Origin: Mytilus edulis
Taxonomy: Eukaryota
Length of the DNA stretch: 64,000 nucleotides
Direction: 5' to 3'
NCBI RefSeq assembly: GCF_963676685.1
Contig: NC_092355.1
Location: forward strand, 50,096,001 to 50,160,000
In this document: positions 37,895-51,756 of the stretch, piece after piece
Layout: each line of letters starts with the position of its first letter
Numbering within the stretch: position 1 is the first letter of the stretch
Notes under the pieces: generated by a model
The model's input: only the letters and a program-made list of their open reading frames with translations
Told to the model about the DNA's origin: nothing
The model's database searches: none
Translations under genes and position numbers: made by a program

Positions 37895-38906
37895 ATATAA
37901 CTGACCCAGATACACACAGTATACAGTGTTCGTTTTAAAACAAATATAATTGCGTCGTCAAGGGCCATCATATCACATATATGATATCAGAGACGTAGAT
38001 AACAACCTGTTAAGACCTGTAAAAACGACAGACAACTTTCGAGACGTTCCGAGAATTTTATTCTGACTTCCGGCCGAAAGTTATCGAGTGGCCCATAGAC
38101 ACATCCAAAACACCCCAATATATAAGCCAATATATAAGCATGAACCCCTCAGGCGGTTCATGCAAAAAAAAAATACGGATCCGATATGATTGCCATTGAG
38201 AAAACTTTCCGCAAGAGACCAAATGAGACAGAAACTAAGAGATATGGGTCACCATACGGCCTTCAACAATGAGAAAAGCCTATACCACGTAATCAGCTAT
38301 AAAAGGCCCCGACATTACAAATGCAATACAATAACATAAGTTCGTTTTCTTTGTTGTATCATTAAACACACAACTTATCAGTTGTCTTTTGAACAGCAAG
38401 CATACGACATGAAAATAACACTAGCAAGCCTCACCACTTCTCTCGACATTGACAAAAATGGCCTTGTATATAGGTTAATATCCATGGTGATAGAGATGAA
38501 AGAAAATCAGTTTAAGCTCAAATTTGGATGTTTTTTCTCCATCTTACTTAGGGTCAAACAGGATTACCAAGGCCTGTAGTTCAACATTTACTATGACAAA
38601 ACAAAACGGGATGGTCGGTCTGGGTACTTTAGCAACTTAAGTACTCTAACATTATATTCACGATTGAAGGGTACACAGACATTTGAATAAATGAAAATAT
38701 GAGACTTTAGTTTTCCATTTCTTTTAAATTTTTGCAGTGATTTCATCTGAATTCAATTATATTTGAAAATGCTTTGATAAAAAGTGTATTTCCCTATTTA
38801 TTATTTTACAAAGAACCAATGAACATTTATAATAACATCACTCTGTTTCTTAATATTTACACTGAGAAATAGTATAAGTAAAGCTGTCTTTATTTTTTCA
38901 GCGAGA

Positions 38907-41828
38907 ATGTCAAAAAGAGACCAGCCTGTGTCAACGGCTCATTTGGAATTTCAGAGGAAACGAGGAAAGAAGGAATGTCCTGGTTGTAATGACATATTTG
39001 GGAAGCAGCATTTCGAAAATCATCGGCTTAAATATTATAATAACGGTATATGGCACTGTAGTAGTAAGACATTGAAAAGTCAGGAAACTTCGATAGATGA
39101 CAACCAAGAAACAGCAAGCCCCTATTTGGCATCATCAGCTGATGAAAATGACCGACCATTAATTTCTATTATAAAGGCAAAATTAAAAAGCAATTTGCAG
39201 GCGCTTAACAACGACTCAGATGAATCCGACAGCGAAGAAGAAGAAATTTGGGACAATGTAACGATCGCAGACATTGATTCTGATTTCAACACAGGAGACG
39301 ATGCACGTCAATTTCAGACTATAATCGATGATCATGACAGTAGCCGCTCAAATATGCCTTCCCTTTTAATGTCCTTATTGATTTTTGTTTGTACATGGCA
39401 GGCCTGTCACATTATTCCAGATATAGCAATCCAGCGTTTGCTCTCATTTTTCAGAGATTTTTTCAATGCTTTGTCTGCGGAAAATGTTGCAATTGCAACA
39501 ATATCAGCTGCTTTTCCTGCTTCTGTATACAAATTATATAGAGATATCGGTTTCAAGAAAGATAATTTTACTAAATATGTCATATGCAAGAAGTGTTACA
39601 AATTATATGATTACGAAGACTGTATGCACATTATCGAGGGTCAACAAGTCTCAAAAACCTGTCAGAATATTCGCTTCCCAAATCATCCACAGATCGGAAG
39701 GAGAAAAGTATGTGGAGAACTTCTTTTGAAAGTTGTTCAGCTGCAAAAGAACAGAAAGCTGTATCCTTATAAAACATTTTGTTATAAGTCTTTGGAATCT
39801 TCAGTTTCAAGTCTTGTCCACCTTCCTGAATTTGAAAAGAACTGTGAAAAATGGAGATCAAGACGACAAGAAGAGGGTTTTTTTGCAAATGTTTACGATG
39901 GACGAATTTGGAAAGAATTCCAAGGTACAGAGAAAAACAATTTTTTGTTTAGCGAGAGACATTATGGATTAATGATAAACTTGGACTGGTTCCAGCCATA
40001 TGAGCATGTTCAGTATTCTGTAGGTGTTATGTACGCTGTAATTTTAAATTTACCAAGAAACGAACGTTTTAAGTTAAAAAATGTCGTTCTCATCGCTATA
40101 ATACCGGATATGGGAAAAGAACCAAGTCTACAAACATTCCTTGACCCTCTTATAGATGAACTCAAAAGTGTATGGACATACGGTTTTTCGTCGAATTCTT
40201 TTCAAAGTAAAAAGGATAAACAGAATTTCAAGTTAGCATTGATGTGTGTCGGCTGCGATATTCCTGCAACAAGGAAATTGTGTGGATTTTTAGGCCATGG
40301 CGCTACCTTAGGATGCTCGAAATGCATGAAAACATTTCCTGGTGATATCGGTAGGAAAATATATGGTGGTTTTGACGTTGAAAATTGGATACCCCGGGAT
40401 TTAATTCATCAGCGACAGTTGGTTCATCTCATAAGACAAGCAAAAACACAAACAGAAAAAGACAGTCTAGAAAGCAAATACGGTCTCAGATATTCTCCTC
40501 TTTGGGATCTGGAGTACTTTGATCCAATCAGGATGTCAATTATAGACCCGATGCATAATCTTTACCAGGGAACAGCGAAGAAATTAATTAAAATTTGGTT
40601 GGAATTGAAAATTTTGCTACCAGAAGAATTGAAAACGGTACAGGAAAGGGTAGACTCTGTAAATGCTGCTAGCAACATCGGTGCTATACCAAGAAAAATA
40701 TCCTCCTCTTTCGGTGGATTTACTGCAGAGCAATGGAAGAATTGGACAAATGTTTTTTCCATATTTTCACTAAAGGATGTCTTACCTAATGCAGATTTGG
40801 ATATTTGGCGGAAATTCGTACTTGCAAGTCATACAATCGCTTCTAAGTATGTTACAGAGGCAGATATAAGGCAATATGAGGATAGCATCCTACAGTTTTG
40901 CAAAGACTTTGAAGCTAAGTATGGCAAGGATCGAGTTACACCGAACATGCATTTGCACTATCATTTGAGCGATTGTATAAGAGACTATGGGCCAGTTTAT
41001 TCCTTTTGGCTTTTTAGCTTCGAACGATATAATGGTCATCTTGGTTCACTGCCGAAAAACAATCGATCGGTTGAATTGCAGATGATGCGACGTTTTACTC
41101 GAGATTCTTTTGTAAAATCTGTAAAACTACCACAAAAATACGAAATTACTCTAATAAAACACTTTCAACAGATGGATACCCTTGGAGCAGTAGCAGACAT
41201 AGCTGACGAAGAGGTTAGACATCTTCTCTACTTAGCAAAACGAAGTGCCCCAATTTTAAACCAGGACTGGTCACACATTGGTGCATATCAATACTCAAAG
41301 GCATCACGACATTGTCTTACATATGACGAACACCGTATTATTTCTCGTACTTACAGTGTCATGTATCCAGATTTGTCGGAAGCTGTAATTCCGGAATCTT
41401 GTAGAAAATGCACAGCAGTTAGTTTAGGCAATGAGGTATATGGTTCATGGGACTCTAGACACAAGCGTTCATCATTTGTAATGGCTTATTGGCATACAAA
41501 AGACGGGGAAATAATTACTGAGACCGGCACTGGGGATCTTACACCCGGCATTATCCAGACTTATTACTTACATAACCTGTTGGTCAGAGGTGATAACAAC
41601 ATTCACTTATTTGCAAGGGTAAAGTGGTTACGTGCTCTACCAGCTAGATACAGGTATCACTGTGGGAGACCAGTAGAAGTGTGGAGCCAAGAAATGTTTG
41701 AACCTTTTGGGCCATCTGCATTTATACCTGTTGCACGAATTTATTGTAAATTTGTACGAGCGGATGGTGAGCTTTCAGGAAGGAAAGTTTCCTTTATTTG
41801 TCCATTAAATACTGGAACGAATATATAA
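38907..41828 (+). CDS. CACTA/EnSpm-type transposase, 973 aa, single coding exon
   Basis: Motifs CxxC, DGRIW, NLDWFQPY, LNLPRNERFK, GCDIPATRKLCGF...GCSKC, IIDPMHNL, PNMHL..HL..CIRDYGPVYSFWLFSFERYNG; splice acceptor TTTTTTCAG just upstream implies a 5' non-coding exon; lies between the CACTG TIRs. Confidence 0.92.
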   Translation: MSKRDQPVSTAHLEFQRKRGKKECPGCNDIFGKQHFENHRLKYYNNGIWHCSSKTLKSQETSIDDNQETASPYLASSADENDRPLISIIKAKLKSNLQALNNDSDESDSEEEEIWDNVTIADIDSDFNTGDDARQFQTIIDDHDSSRSNMPSLLMSLLIFVCTWQACHIIPDIAIQRLLSFFRDFFNALSAENVAIATISAAFPASVYKLYRDIGFKKDNFTKYVICKKCYKLYDYEDCMHIIEGQQVSKTCQNIRFPNHPQIGRRKVCGELLLKVVQLQKNRKLYPYKTFCYKSLESSVSSLVHLPEFEKNCEKWRSRRQEEGFFANVYDGRIWKEFQGTEKNNFLFSERHYGLMINLDWFQPYEHVQYSVGVMYAVILNLPRNERFKLKNVVLIAIIPDMGKEPSLQTFLDPLIDELKSVWTYGFSSNSFQSKKDKQNFKLALMCVGCDIPATRKLCGFLGHGATLGCSKCMKTFPGDIGRKIYGGFDVENWIPRDLIHQRQLVHLIRQAKTQTEKDSLESKYGLRYSPLWDLEYFDPIRMSIIDPMHNLYQGTAKKLIKIWLELKILLPEELKTVQERVDSVNAASNIGAIPRKISSSFGGFTAEQWKNWTNVFSIFSLKDVLPNADLDIWRKFVLASHTIASKYVTEADIRQYEDSILQFCKDFEAKYGKDRVTPNMHLHYHLSDCIRDYGPVYSFWLFSFERYNGHLGSLPKNNRSVELQMMRRFTRDSFVKSVKLPQKYEITLIKHFQQMDTLGAVADIADEEVRHLLYLAKRSAPILNQDWSHIGAYQYSKASRHCLTYDEHRIISRTYSVMYPDLSEAVIPESCRKCTAVSLGNEVYGSWDSRHKRSSFVMAYWHTKDGEIITETGTGDLTPGIIQTYYLHNLLVRGDNNIHLFARVKWLRALPARYRYHCGRPVEVWSQEMFEPFGPSAFIPVARIYCKFVRADGELSGRKVSFICPLNTGTNI

Positions 41829-42607
41829 ACATTTCACTATTGATTATTAAAATGTATAAAATTTAAGGCACATATAATTATATGATATTGATTTGAATTT
41901 TTTGAAACAAATATTGATTCTTGACTTTTTTTGTCGTTGGGGTCGTCATTTTTTTTAAAAATAAGTACGTACGTTCCAACTAAAAAGTTTACTTTAATCA
42001 CTTGTGGTAGTAAAAGTCAATTTAAATGTTAAGTTATTGCATTCGAGCCCCGTTTTCAATTGCAGATATTTCTGTTTTTATGGTTTCACAAAGATAAAAG
42101 ATTTAAATAGCAAGTTTCATTTTGGTTTGGGGGGGGGGGTGTCTCTCTGGCAAATTCAGTGCAACAAAATTGCCGTATTTTCAAGGGAAGATAAACTTCT
42201 TTCGATACCTTGCGTATGTAAATATCATTTATCTTCATATTTATCCATTTGGAAACTATTTTCTTTTAAATGTATAGTACTTGGATCGTTTTATATAAAA
42301 TATTGCAGAAGAATCGTGGTCTTTATAAAATCTTTGTAATAGACATACAGACTTATTTTTACAAATGCATAATTTCATTGAATTCTCAAATTTTCTTAAT
42401 CACAAATAAACTTACATTTATATACACAATGGATACACATTTATTTTCTCTTTGACGTCTTTCAACTTCTAAGAAATGATTACTTAATACAGCATTTCGA
42501 GCTCATATTTTGTTTTGATTCGGCTGTTCAAGAACATTTTATTTTTTCATCAGTTAATGTTAACTTACTTTCAATGTTGTTTTTTTTTTAGTCTTTTATT
42601 GGTTCTA

Positions 42608-42932
42608 ACATTGGTTAGAGGTATAGGGGGAGGGTTGAGATCTCACAAACATGTTTAACCCCGCCGCATTTTTGCGCCTGTCTCAAGTCTGGAGCCTCTG
42701 GCCTTTGTTAGTCTTGCATTATTTTAATTTTAGTTTCTTGTGTACAATTTGTAAATTAGTATGGTGTTAATTATCACTGAACTAGTATATATTTGTTTAG
42801 GGGCCAGCTGAAGGACGCCCCCGGGTGCGGGAATTTCTCGCTACATTGAAGACCTGTTGGTGACCTTCTGCTGTTGTTTTTTATTTGGTCGGGTTGTTGT
42901 CTCTTTCCCAATTTCCATTCTCAATTTTATTT
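42608..42932 (+). repeat. dispersed repeat; tail fragments also at ~33840-34140 and ~34610-34720
   Basis: Shared GAAGACCTGTTGGTGACCTTCTGCTGTTG...GGTCGGGTTGTTGTCTCTTT segment in several copies. Confidence 0.7.
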
Positions 42933-45900
42933 TATACTTTCAGAATGAATTTTCTCTTGTTAAAAGTTTGTTCCCTGTATTTTATTTATAGATATAGGAA
43001 GCTGTGGTGTGAGTGCCAATGAGACACATCTCCATCTAAATAACATTTTATAAAAGTAAACCATTATTATAAATAGGTCAATGTACGGCCTTCAACACAG
43101 AACCTTGGCTTTATATCTGTTTTATTTTGTATTTTTTGTATGAGAACCATGAACATGCTACAATTTTACGCTGAGCCATTTAGATTAACTATTAAGTAAG
43201 CATTGTTATTGTAATACAACATATAAATTGGATATTATTATAATTGTTGTATATTAAAAAAAATATGGTTAATTGTGTTATATTTGTGTGTGCTTTGTAT
43301 TATGAAAAGACTTTATAATATTCTAACGAGGAAATGTAAACCTAAATGACCTATCTGAAATCTCGTATTTCCAAAAAATCAATTCCAACTGATCATTTCA
43401 GCTTATCAGGTCAATTTATTATTTCAACAAAGAGATGACCGGATATCGTTGCCTTTACCAATTATCACACTCAATTTACTATGATTTCAACAAATATTTT
43501 ATACTGAAGCGTTGATAATGTGCACAATATGTGGTTTCTTTATAGTAAAAGTAATAGGTCATTGGATCAAAATCAAAACAAATATACAACAAAACAAACG
43601 ATTTACGTCTTCGGTAGACAAATCTTCAAACTATACTGATTAAAGAAGTTATTTTCTTTAAAAAAAAAAGAAAAAAAAAAGAGTAAAACAACACGTGAAC
43701 CTGGTGTCTCTTTGCAAATTCACTAATTTAATCTTTATTGCAAAATTACACCCACATGGCCCATAAGGGTCAAGCAATAAACACAAACAATGATTCAATT
43801 AGATAAAATACAATGCAATGATATGCAATACAATAAAACATTTTCTAAGAAAGAGTTCAATTTACAAATATATAGCACACACAAAAATTATGTGAAATTA
43901 CACATTTTTTATATGAAATGTAGTAAACTGATATGAATTATATATAAATACAATTGGCTTAGATACTGAGAGGACAAACGCGTATTGCCAATCCAGGAAA
44001 AGTAATTTATCGTCCCCTTAAAGCGGGCAGTTTGAAAACGGTTTAACTTATATTTTTGTTCCTTAATCCATTAAAAAGAAACAAAGTAGTTGTTATACAA
44101 ACTAGTCTAATGGAAGCAGGTATTATCCATTGTTATGTACCCTGTAAACAATATGTCACGGGCATGATTGCAAATGAGACAACTATCCTCCAAAAAAAAT
44201 TTCAAATAAATTATAATTATGTAAACAACTTTATGAGATACCATATGGCCTTTAACAATAAGCAAAATGCACAGCGTGAGATTATATACATCCTAAATGT
44301 TAAACAATTCAATGAGAAAGTGAGCGTTCCGATTTATGGAAACGTAGGAAAGAGTAAACTATTATGACAGAAAGCGTTCAAAGCTAGCCAATAAATTATA
44401 AACTGATGACATAGGATATAGAGATGTTTTGAATGGTTGGATTTACTGTGTTTGCAAGCTTTAAATCCCTTCGAGAGAGTTGCTGTATTTATACCACATG
44501 TCTAGTTAGACAGTCTGCATGTTAAAGATTTCTCAAATAAAAACTATAAAATGTGTAAAGATAGTAAACATGATGCTAACATGGCAAAACTTGGACTATT
44601 TCAGCATATTTTATTTTCTTTTCCGTTGTGTCGTTACAATTTTAAAGCTCCTGGTTCTCATCGAAAAGGGTAGGGTTTGGGATATACACAGTGACATACG
44701 ACAACCACTGATAGAAAAGATACTGACTTTAGACAGGGACGTACACAATTTAACGGAATACATAGTATATACATGTATGCGTTTGCTGGAACCAATCCCA
44801 TCACCTTATTGTTCGCCATAGGACATGTATTTGTGATAATCATATATGGGCGGTTTGATATAACTTTTATATTTTGTGAACGGGATGATAATTGGAAAAC
44901 GATAGTAGAGGGCATTATGTTTTCTGGTCTGTGCGTTCGTTCGTTCGTTTGATCGTTATTCCGTCTGTCCCGCTTTTATATTCACATTCACCCTTTTAAA
45001 TTGAACACATCGGTTTATTTAAAATTACAGATAAGTTTTCATCTTATAACCCAACCCCCTTTTTCTCTTTTATAGATTGTATTGTAAAGAAAAGATCTGA
45101 TTCAGAATTAACATCTATTTTCATCTCATTCCTAATAAAACGTCGATTTTTGACGTTGTTCCACGAAAAGTTTCAAACGTTGACCTTATATTCCACTCGT
45201 GTCAAATTGCCGTTTAAAGTACAGAGAACAAGATAATATATATTTTGGTGTTGTTTTTTTTTCGAAATGTTTTTAAACTTTAAAATTTAGTTTGATACTA
45301 TGAGTGAAACAAATGTAGGACAAATCTGAGGCTTACCTCTTTACTCTTAAGACGAGCGTGCTTACAAGTTAACATATCACATTGGCTGTCTTTGCTTATA
45401 ACCTTAAAATTAAGCAATATAAAAAAGAAGATGTGGTATGATTGCCAATGAGACAACTATCCACAAGAAAAATACCAAAATGACACAGACATTAACAACT
45501 ATATATATATAGGTCACCGTAGTGTTCTCTCTGCCAGAGGACGTCTCCTATCTTTGCTAGTAAAAATGTAAATATTTCGTGTCTCGTTTCTGTCTCTTTT
45601 CCCCAATTACACGTAAATATATATATGTTTGTTGTAATTTGGTAATTTCGCTCCCTCAATTTTAATGTGAAATTCCGTTAGAAATGTCTTCCGCAGAATC
45701 TAAACAAAACCAAACAAAAATATACATGCAGGTCTTTTGTAAAATGATTCTGAGTTTTAGAAATATTCTTTTGACTGCAAATAGTCACAGGTCTGTACTT
45801 GAGTGTAGTTTTGTTTAAACAAAGCCAGTTGACTTGTAAATGATGTTTAGTAATGTATATTGTTTGGCCTTTGGGTTGTTTTGATTTCATGGCCATTCTT

Positions 45901-48900
45901 ATTTCTCTTTTTGTATGATTTTATTAAAGTTAAGGCGTATGTATACACTTAGTATTAATATATTTCTATTGTTTTTTATTTATTTTTTTCCGTTGAGCTT
46001 TTATGACATGTTTTTAAAATTTATTTCTGTTTTTATGTTCTACTTGTTTCTATATATATATATACATTTTTTTGTATTTTAGGCAGGTATATATTTTTTT
46101 TAAATGTAAACGATTAATAATAACTATAATTCTTACTTTTAGTTTTGTTGGTGCTGTATCACTCATATTTTCAATTCGAATACACACAACTATTTTAAAA
46201 TTTACGATTTATCGAGTGCAACTTTATGTGTCAATTACTGAGACCCCCTCCCCCCCAAAAAAAAAAAATCCTTTTAAAACAAATAAATATATATAGCGGT
46301 GTTAAAACCTTTTTCATCTATTCCTGCATACACTGTAATGGACATTTCTAGCGCTGGAGAGTACATCTACAGTTGTAGACGTCAGATCTACAGAGATTGA
46401 ACTTAGATCTACTGCGCGAGACTTTTAAATTACATATACATCACTTGGCGTTAGATCTGTAACACTGAACATCAACTCTGCATCTGCATGTGACCAACAG
46501 GGCTCATTACGTTTACAATAAAAGTATATAGTTGGCACATTGATCAAATTATCAGCCGCGAGCCATAAAAACAAGAAACTATAATAAAATGTCACGAATA
46601 AAATTGAAAATTAGATGGAGACAACAACCCTATCAAAGAGCAGAAAACAGCCGATGGGTCTTAAACACAGCGAGAAAATCTCGCACTCGAATGTGTGCTT
46701 CATTTAAACCAAAAAGTGTGCTAGTTCAGTGATAATGGTCGTGTTGTTTTTCCTTTTTGGAAACAAAGATTGTAACCGAAATTTGAAAAGCCTATTTTTT
46801 GTCTCATACTTTCCGAAAGAATCTTGTTATCTCTTTTAAAGATAAAATATATTTTAAAAATCCTTCAACATTGAAATAAAAACCTTTTTCACGTCACAAC
46901 AAATCTTAATGTACCTTCTTGGCAATCAATTATTCTGTTTGGTTAATCATTATCAGTCCTGTATATTTACATTTTCATTATTCAATAAAGCAGAACATAG
47001 ACCTTAGATTTAAATACAGAAAAGAGAAGACACCAAAATTCATACCGAATCAGGCTTCTCTTACACTCTCTTGAAAATTAACATCATATATCTGTGTTTT
47101 TGTCAGATTATTTAGTATTTTTATTTATATCCATCTGATCAGTTAAGCCTTCATCAATTGATTTGTGTAGTTTGTTCTCATGTTGTAGTGTCACAAACTG
47201 TACCTGTTACAAGTGAGGAGACTAATTCAGTGTTTGTCGTTTGTTGATTTGTGAACTTTTTTTCGTTCATTTTTTGTTCATAGATGAAGCCGGTATTTTC
47301 TTATTTCTATTGTTTTACAATAGCCAGTTCGGGGTCTTTTAAAAGTCTATGCGGTATGCACTTTGCTCATTTTTGAAGGCCGTACAGTTACCTTTATTTG
47401 TTAATTGTTGTGTCATTTTGGTCTGTTGTGGAGAGTTGTCTCATTGAAAATCATACCATATCTTCTATTTTTTTTCAATTTATACAACTCAAACCTTGAC
47501 TGCTTCAATCTGTGTAAACTGAACACCTAATAAATTCAAACAAATTCATCATTTACAAACGATCCTACTATTTATTTTTTATCTAAAAAGCGGACAAACA
47601 AAACAAAACAAAGAGATTTTGTATTAATCAATCATACTAGAACCATTTTACATAGACACAAATTTTTCCATACACTTCGACATTTTAAGGCCTTCAACGC
47701 GGAACCTTGGCTCACACCGAAAAACAAGCTATAAAGCGCCCCAACATTACAAGTGTTACTGTAGAACCATTCAAACGAGAAAACCAACGGTCTAATCTAC
47801 TAGTATTTAAAAAAACGAGAAACCAGAAACAATTTCTTTTTAAATGGGTAAGGGAGATAAATCAAACGCATATATTTGACATGTAAACAAACGAAACTCA
47901 ACGTATGAATACGTGACATTCACCAACAGAAAATCAATCAAAACACTAATCTTGAACCACAACAATATAATGCAAGGTTGCAAAAAGAGTATATAATTGT
48001 TTATTGTTGTCTTTCAACATGCTACAATATCGTTGGAAATATTTTACTCCACACAATGACTGCTCCATAACGATACGTTCGTCGAGTTTCGTCCGTTCGT
48101 AAGATGTTGAGAAACCTCTAATATGATTTACGAAAAAGTCAGGAGCAAATACAACCGGAATACAGAAAAATCCCGTTTACTTCGTGAATATTCAAAAATT
48201 TGCGCTTAAAACAGCTCTCACTTTTTTTTATTGTGTCCTTTTATACTAGTGTGCGGCAAGTTTTGTTTAATTTATAAAGAATTATCCAACCATTCTTAAA
48301 CTTGTATTAAATATGAAGAGGAAGACAGATTTCATATGTATTGTTTTAAGCTTTGCCAATGCAATGTTAGGGAAGATAACTTAATTTAAAAAAAAATCCT
48401 CTGAAACAGATATTGTTGACAAAACGAGTGTATCCCATTATAAATATTACTGAAGTAATACGAAATTTACGAAATACTTGAGACAGTACACTGTTGCGGG
48501 AAAAAATAGTATATATATATGATTATTATAAATATTATCAATTGTAATTAAAATGTCATAAATGTCAAAATATATTTAGTTTATTACAAGGGGGATAATC
48601 AAAACTGCTTGTTTAAAAAAAAAATTATTTGTGTATTGTATTGTACATATGTAAATTTATTTGTTGAAACTTATCAGAACTGAATAATTTCTAAAAAAAA
48701 ACCGATAAAAACAAACGATGAAATCAAGCAATTATTTAAGCTCTTGTCATTTGCTGTGTCAGTTTTGTATTTTCTGTTATAGAGAAAAATAACCAGAAAT
48801 ATCTATGGAAATCCGAGAACGACCTTTATCTTGGTTTAACTATATCCCTCATTGGTTGTCATTTTGAAAAGGTTTGGGATATCAAAATTTGAATATTTCC

Positions 48901-49500
48901 TTACGTAAGTTGTTGATATATTTGCAACGAAACTTTCTATTTTTTTCTGTTTGGACAATTTTGATAAGCCGGATTGTAATGTTGTCTTTTCTTCTTCTTA
49001 ATAACGCTCGGTTTTACTTTGAACACCATGTATTCGTCAGTATTGAAGCCTTGTTGGCACAAAGAAGAAGAAGGAGAAGTAGTCCTGTTTAATAAAACAA
49101 GATATAAACACGCTACGAAAACTGGCATTAAATTTCAAATTTATTGAAAAAAATACATTCGTATAATCTTGTTACTTAATCCAATTTAAATTCAATTAAA
49201 TTGTCTTATATTAGTACTTTTGTTAAAATATAAACCTATCTGTAAACTAAAAGTTTAACGAGGGTAAACTAGATTTAAATCTGTTTAAATAACAAATTTA
49301 AACTTGTATTATTTTTCAAATAATTAACAAATTTAATCACCCATATATCGGAATTAAACTCAAGAAAATTTGAAATTTAACAAAAGCATTAAATTTTCAT
49401 AAACTACTTAAATAATTCTTCGTAAATCAGAAGATAAATTTAAAACTAGAAATTTAATATGAGAATAAATTTTGTAAACGTATCATTTCATGCAGTGACT

Positions 49501-50197
49501 TAAATCAGAAAAATCAATAAAATCAAAAGTAAAAAATAAACTTAACCTTTGCATCAATACAAAAGAAAAAAATAAGATAATAATTTTACAAGTAATGGAA
49601 ACAAAACAGATATACAAACACATTAATAGTGGAAATGAAGACACGCCTCCAGGTTTCTCTAAATGGAAACGTGTCCTAAATTTAGATTCGTTAATTCCAA
49701 TTAAATCAATGCTTAACTTTATATTTACTTATTTAAAAGATAACAGATTAAAAATATTTAAATGGAAATTGCTGCATCATATCCTTCCTTGCAAACAATT
49801 GCTTTTGCAATGGAAGATTAAAGAAGACAGTAAATGCGACTTATGTAATGTAACAGAAGATTATAAACATTTTTTCCTAGAATGTCGTTACTTTAAAACT
49901 TTTTGGGAAAAGATCAAAATACTATTAAATAAAGTTAAAATAGGTCATCATATCCTAAACTACAGAAATCTCATTATAGGATATAAAATCGGTGATATCA
50001 ATTATTATGATATAAATCTGTTGGTGACACTCATTACATTTTCTATCCACAAGTGCACTCACAGTTCAAATTATAAAACTACAAATTGTGATGTGTATGC
50101 CCTGTTCAAAAAAGATTTTTTGAACTACTTCAATATTTCGACACTTTCAGGTGGTAAACATGGTAAAATTTTGAAGGAAATAAGCTTATACATATAA
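49501..50197 (+). CDS. LINE ORF2 3' part with C-terminal CCHC zinc-binding motif
   Basis: Joins in frame with 26068 (...WLKV-L-KSEKSIKSK...METKQIY...); CDLCNVTEDYKHFFLEC motif; reconstructed ORF 1268 aa. Confidence 0.9.
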
Positions 50198-51756
50198 TTA
50201 TTATTCTCGCATATATGCTATATGCTAATTTATTCAGCAATACATGTGTCTCTATATTAGTTAATCTTAAAACCACGTGTTGTAGACTTCGTCATGATCA
50301 TGATCAGTGATAAAGATTAAACCCCTACTATTCTGACGCATCCTTCATTTAATATATCACATACTCATAAATAAATATACTTATATAATGTACTTCAATT
50401 CGTAACCAAGTATGTTCACCTACATAATTAATATACAACAAACTGCTTCGACTGTTAATTTGCCTCCATCGTGTAATCCTTGATCAATAGGTCATGACCA
50501 GGTCAACTAGCATATATACAGAGTCAAAGCGGTTCACGAATGTATTTTTTTTCCGGAAAATAATTTCTGTAGTAATCTGTATAATCTGTATACACAATAT
50601 TGTAACATGTAAATCTAACCATTTATTATTATTATTAATAATTTACTGAACAATCTCCCTGTTTGTTCAGTAAAACTAACGCTTCAGGGATGCCCTGTCA
50701 AATGCTGTAGACATGGTATTAATTATAACAGCAATAGTGCAATAAATCAGATTTTAGATAAAAAAAAAAAAAAAAAAAAACTGTTGTATCCCGATTTTGA
50801 CAAGTTTACCTTTGATGTCGGCTTTGTTCACGCATCGTTGTGAATATAATTAAATTTGATGAGGTTGTCAAATATACATAACATTTGAAAACGCCTGTTT
50901 CAAAACAGGAAAATGACAGTTGTTGTCCATTCGTTTAATATCTTTTATCGATTTATTTGATTTTGCCATTTGAGTAGGGACTTTACGTTTTAAATTTTCC
51001 TCAGAGTTCAGTATTTTTTATGATTTAACTTTTTTTTCAGATTAAAACTATAGAACAAAAGCACCGAAATAAGGTACTAGAAGCTAGCTCAAAGCCAGCT
51101 ATGACTCGCAAATAAATGATGTTCTCAAATAAAAGAGGGACGAAAGATACCAAAGGGACAGTCAAACTCATAAATCTAAAACAAACTGACAACGCCATGG
51201 CTAAAAATGAAAAAGACAAACAGAAAAACAATAGTACACATGACACAACATAGAAAACTAAAGAATAAACAACACGAACCCCAACAAAAACTAGAGGGGA
51301 TCTCATGTGCTCCGGAAGGGTAAGCAGATCCTGCTCCACATGTGGCACCCGTCGTGTTGCTTAAAAGTATCAGTCAGCACACAATAAAGAGTGTAGTGTA
51401 AATACACCATAAACAAAAACCTTTAGGAATTTTTGGTCGTCAATACTATTAAACTTCGTACTTTATTTGGCATTTAAACCCTTTTTTTTTGGGGGGGGGG
51501 GGGTTCATTTGATTTACTGAGATGAAACGCGCGTCATGCGCAAATACAACATTTCAATTCTGGTATCTATGATGAGTGTATCTATACTTTGCTTATTTTT
51601 AAAGAGACAGCAGATAAAAAGAACAAAAAAATCGTAAGCAAAAACATACTACATATACTAACCAAAGAAGACTAAAAAAAGACAGAAGACTTATTACTGT
51701 CAATAAAACATTCTTATCACCATACAGAAGACTAAAGTCTGAAAAATACAAACCTT

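Larger units (their letters stand above)
26069..49497. mobile_element. giant CACTA/EnSpm (CMC) DNA transposon, 23,429 bp
   Basis: TIR CACTGCATGAAATGAT (26069-26084) and exact reverse complement ATCATTTCATGCAGTG (49482-49497); 3-bp TSD ACT (26066-26068, 49498-49500); AT-rich subterminal regions; internal transposase. Confidence 0.95.
21707..50780 (+). mobile_element. L1/Tx1-type LINE, ~5.6 kb excluding the nested CACTA insertion, probably 5'-truncated
   Basis: TSD (AA)CTGTTGTATCCC at 21695-21706 and 50781-50792; AATAAA at 50741 and poly-A 50760-50780; APE-RT-CCHC ORF2. Confidence 0.92.

Noticed and set aside
38055-38100. ACTTCCGG and TATCGA motifs as the transposase promoter
   Set aside because: Short motifs without transcript evidence; cannot be supported from sequence alone
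51037-51348. Hydrophobic ORF MPHVEQDLLTLPEH..., also at 56594-56848
   Set aside because: Translation of a high-copy dispersed repeat, not a supported gene
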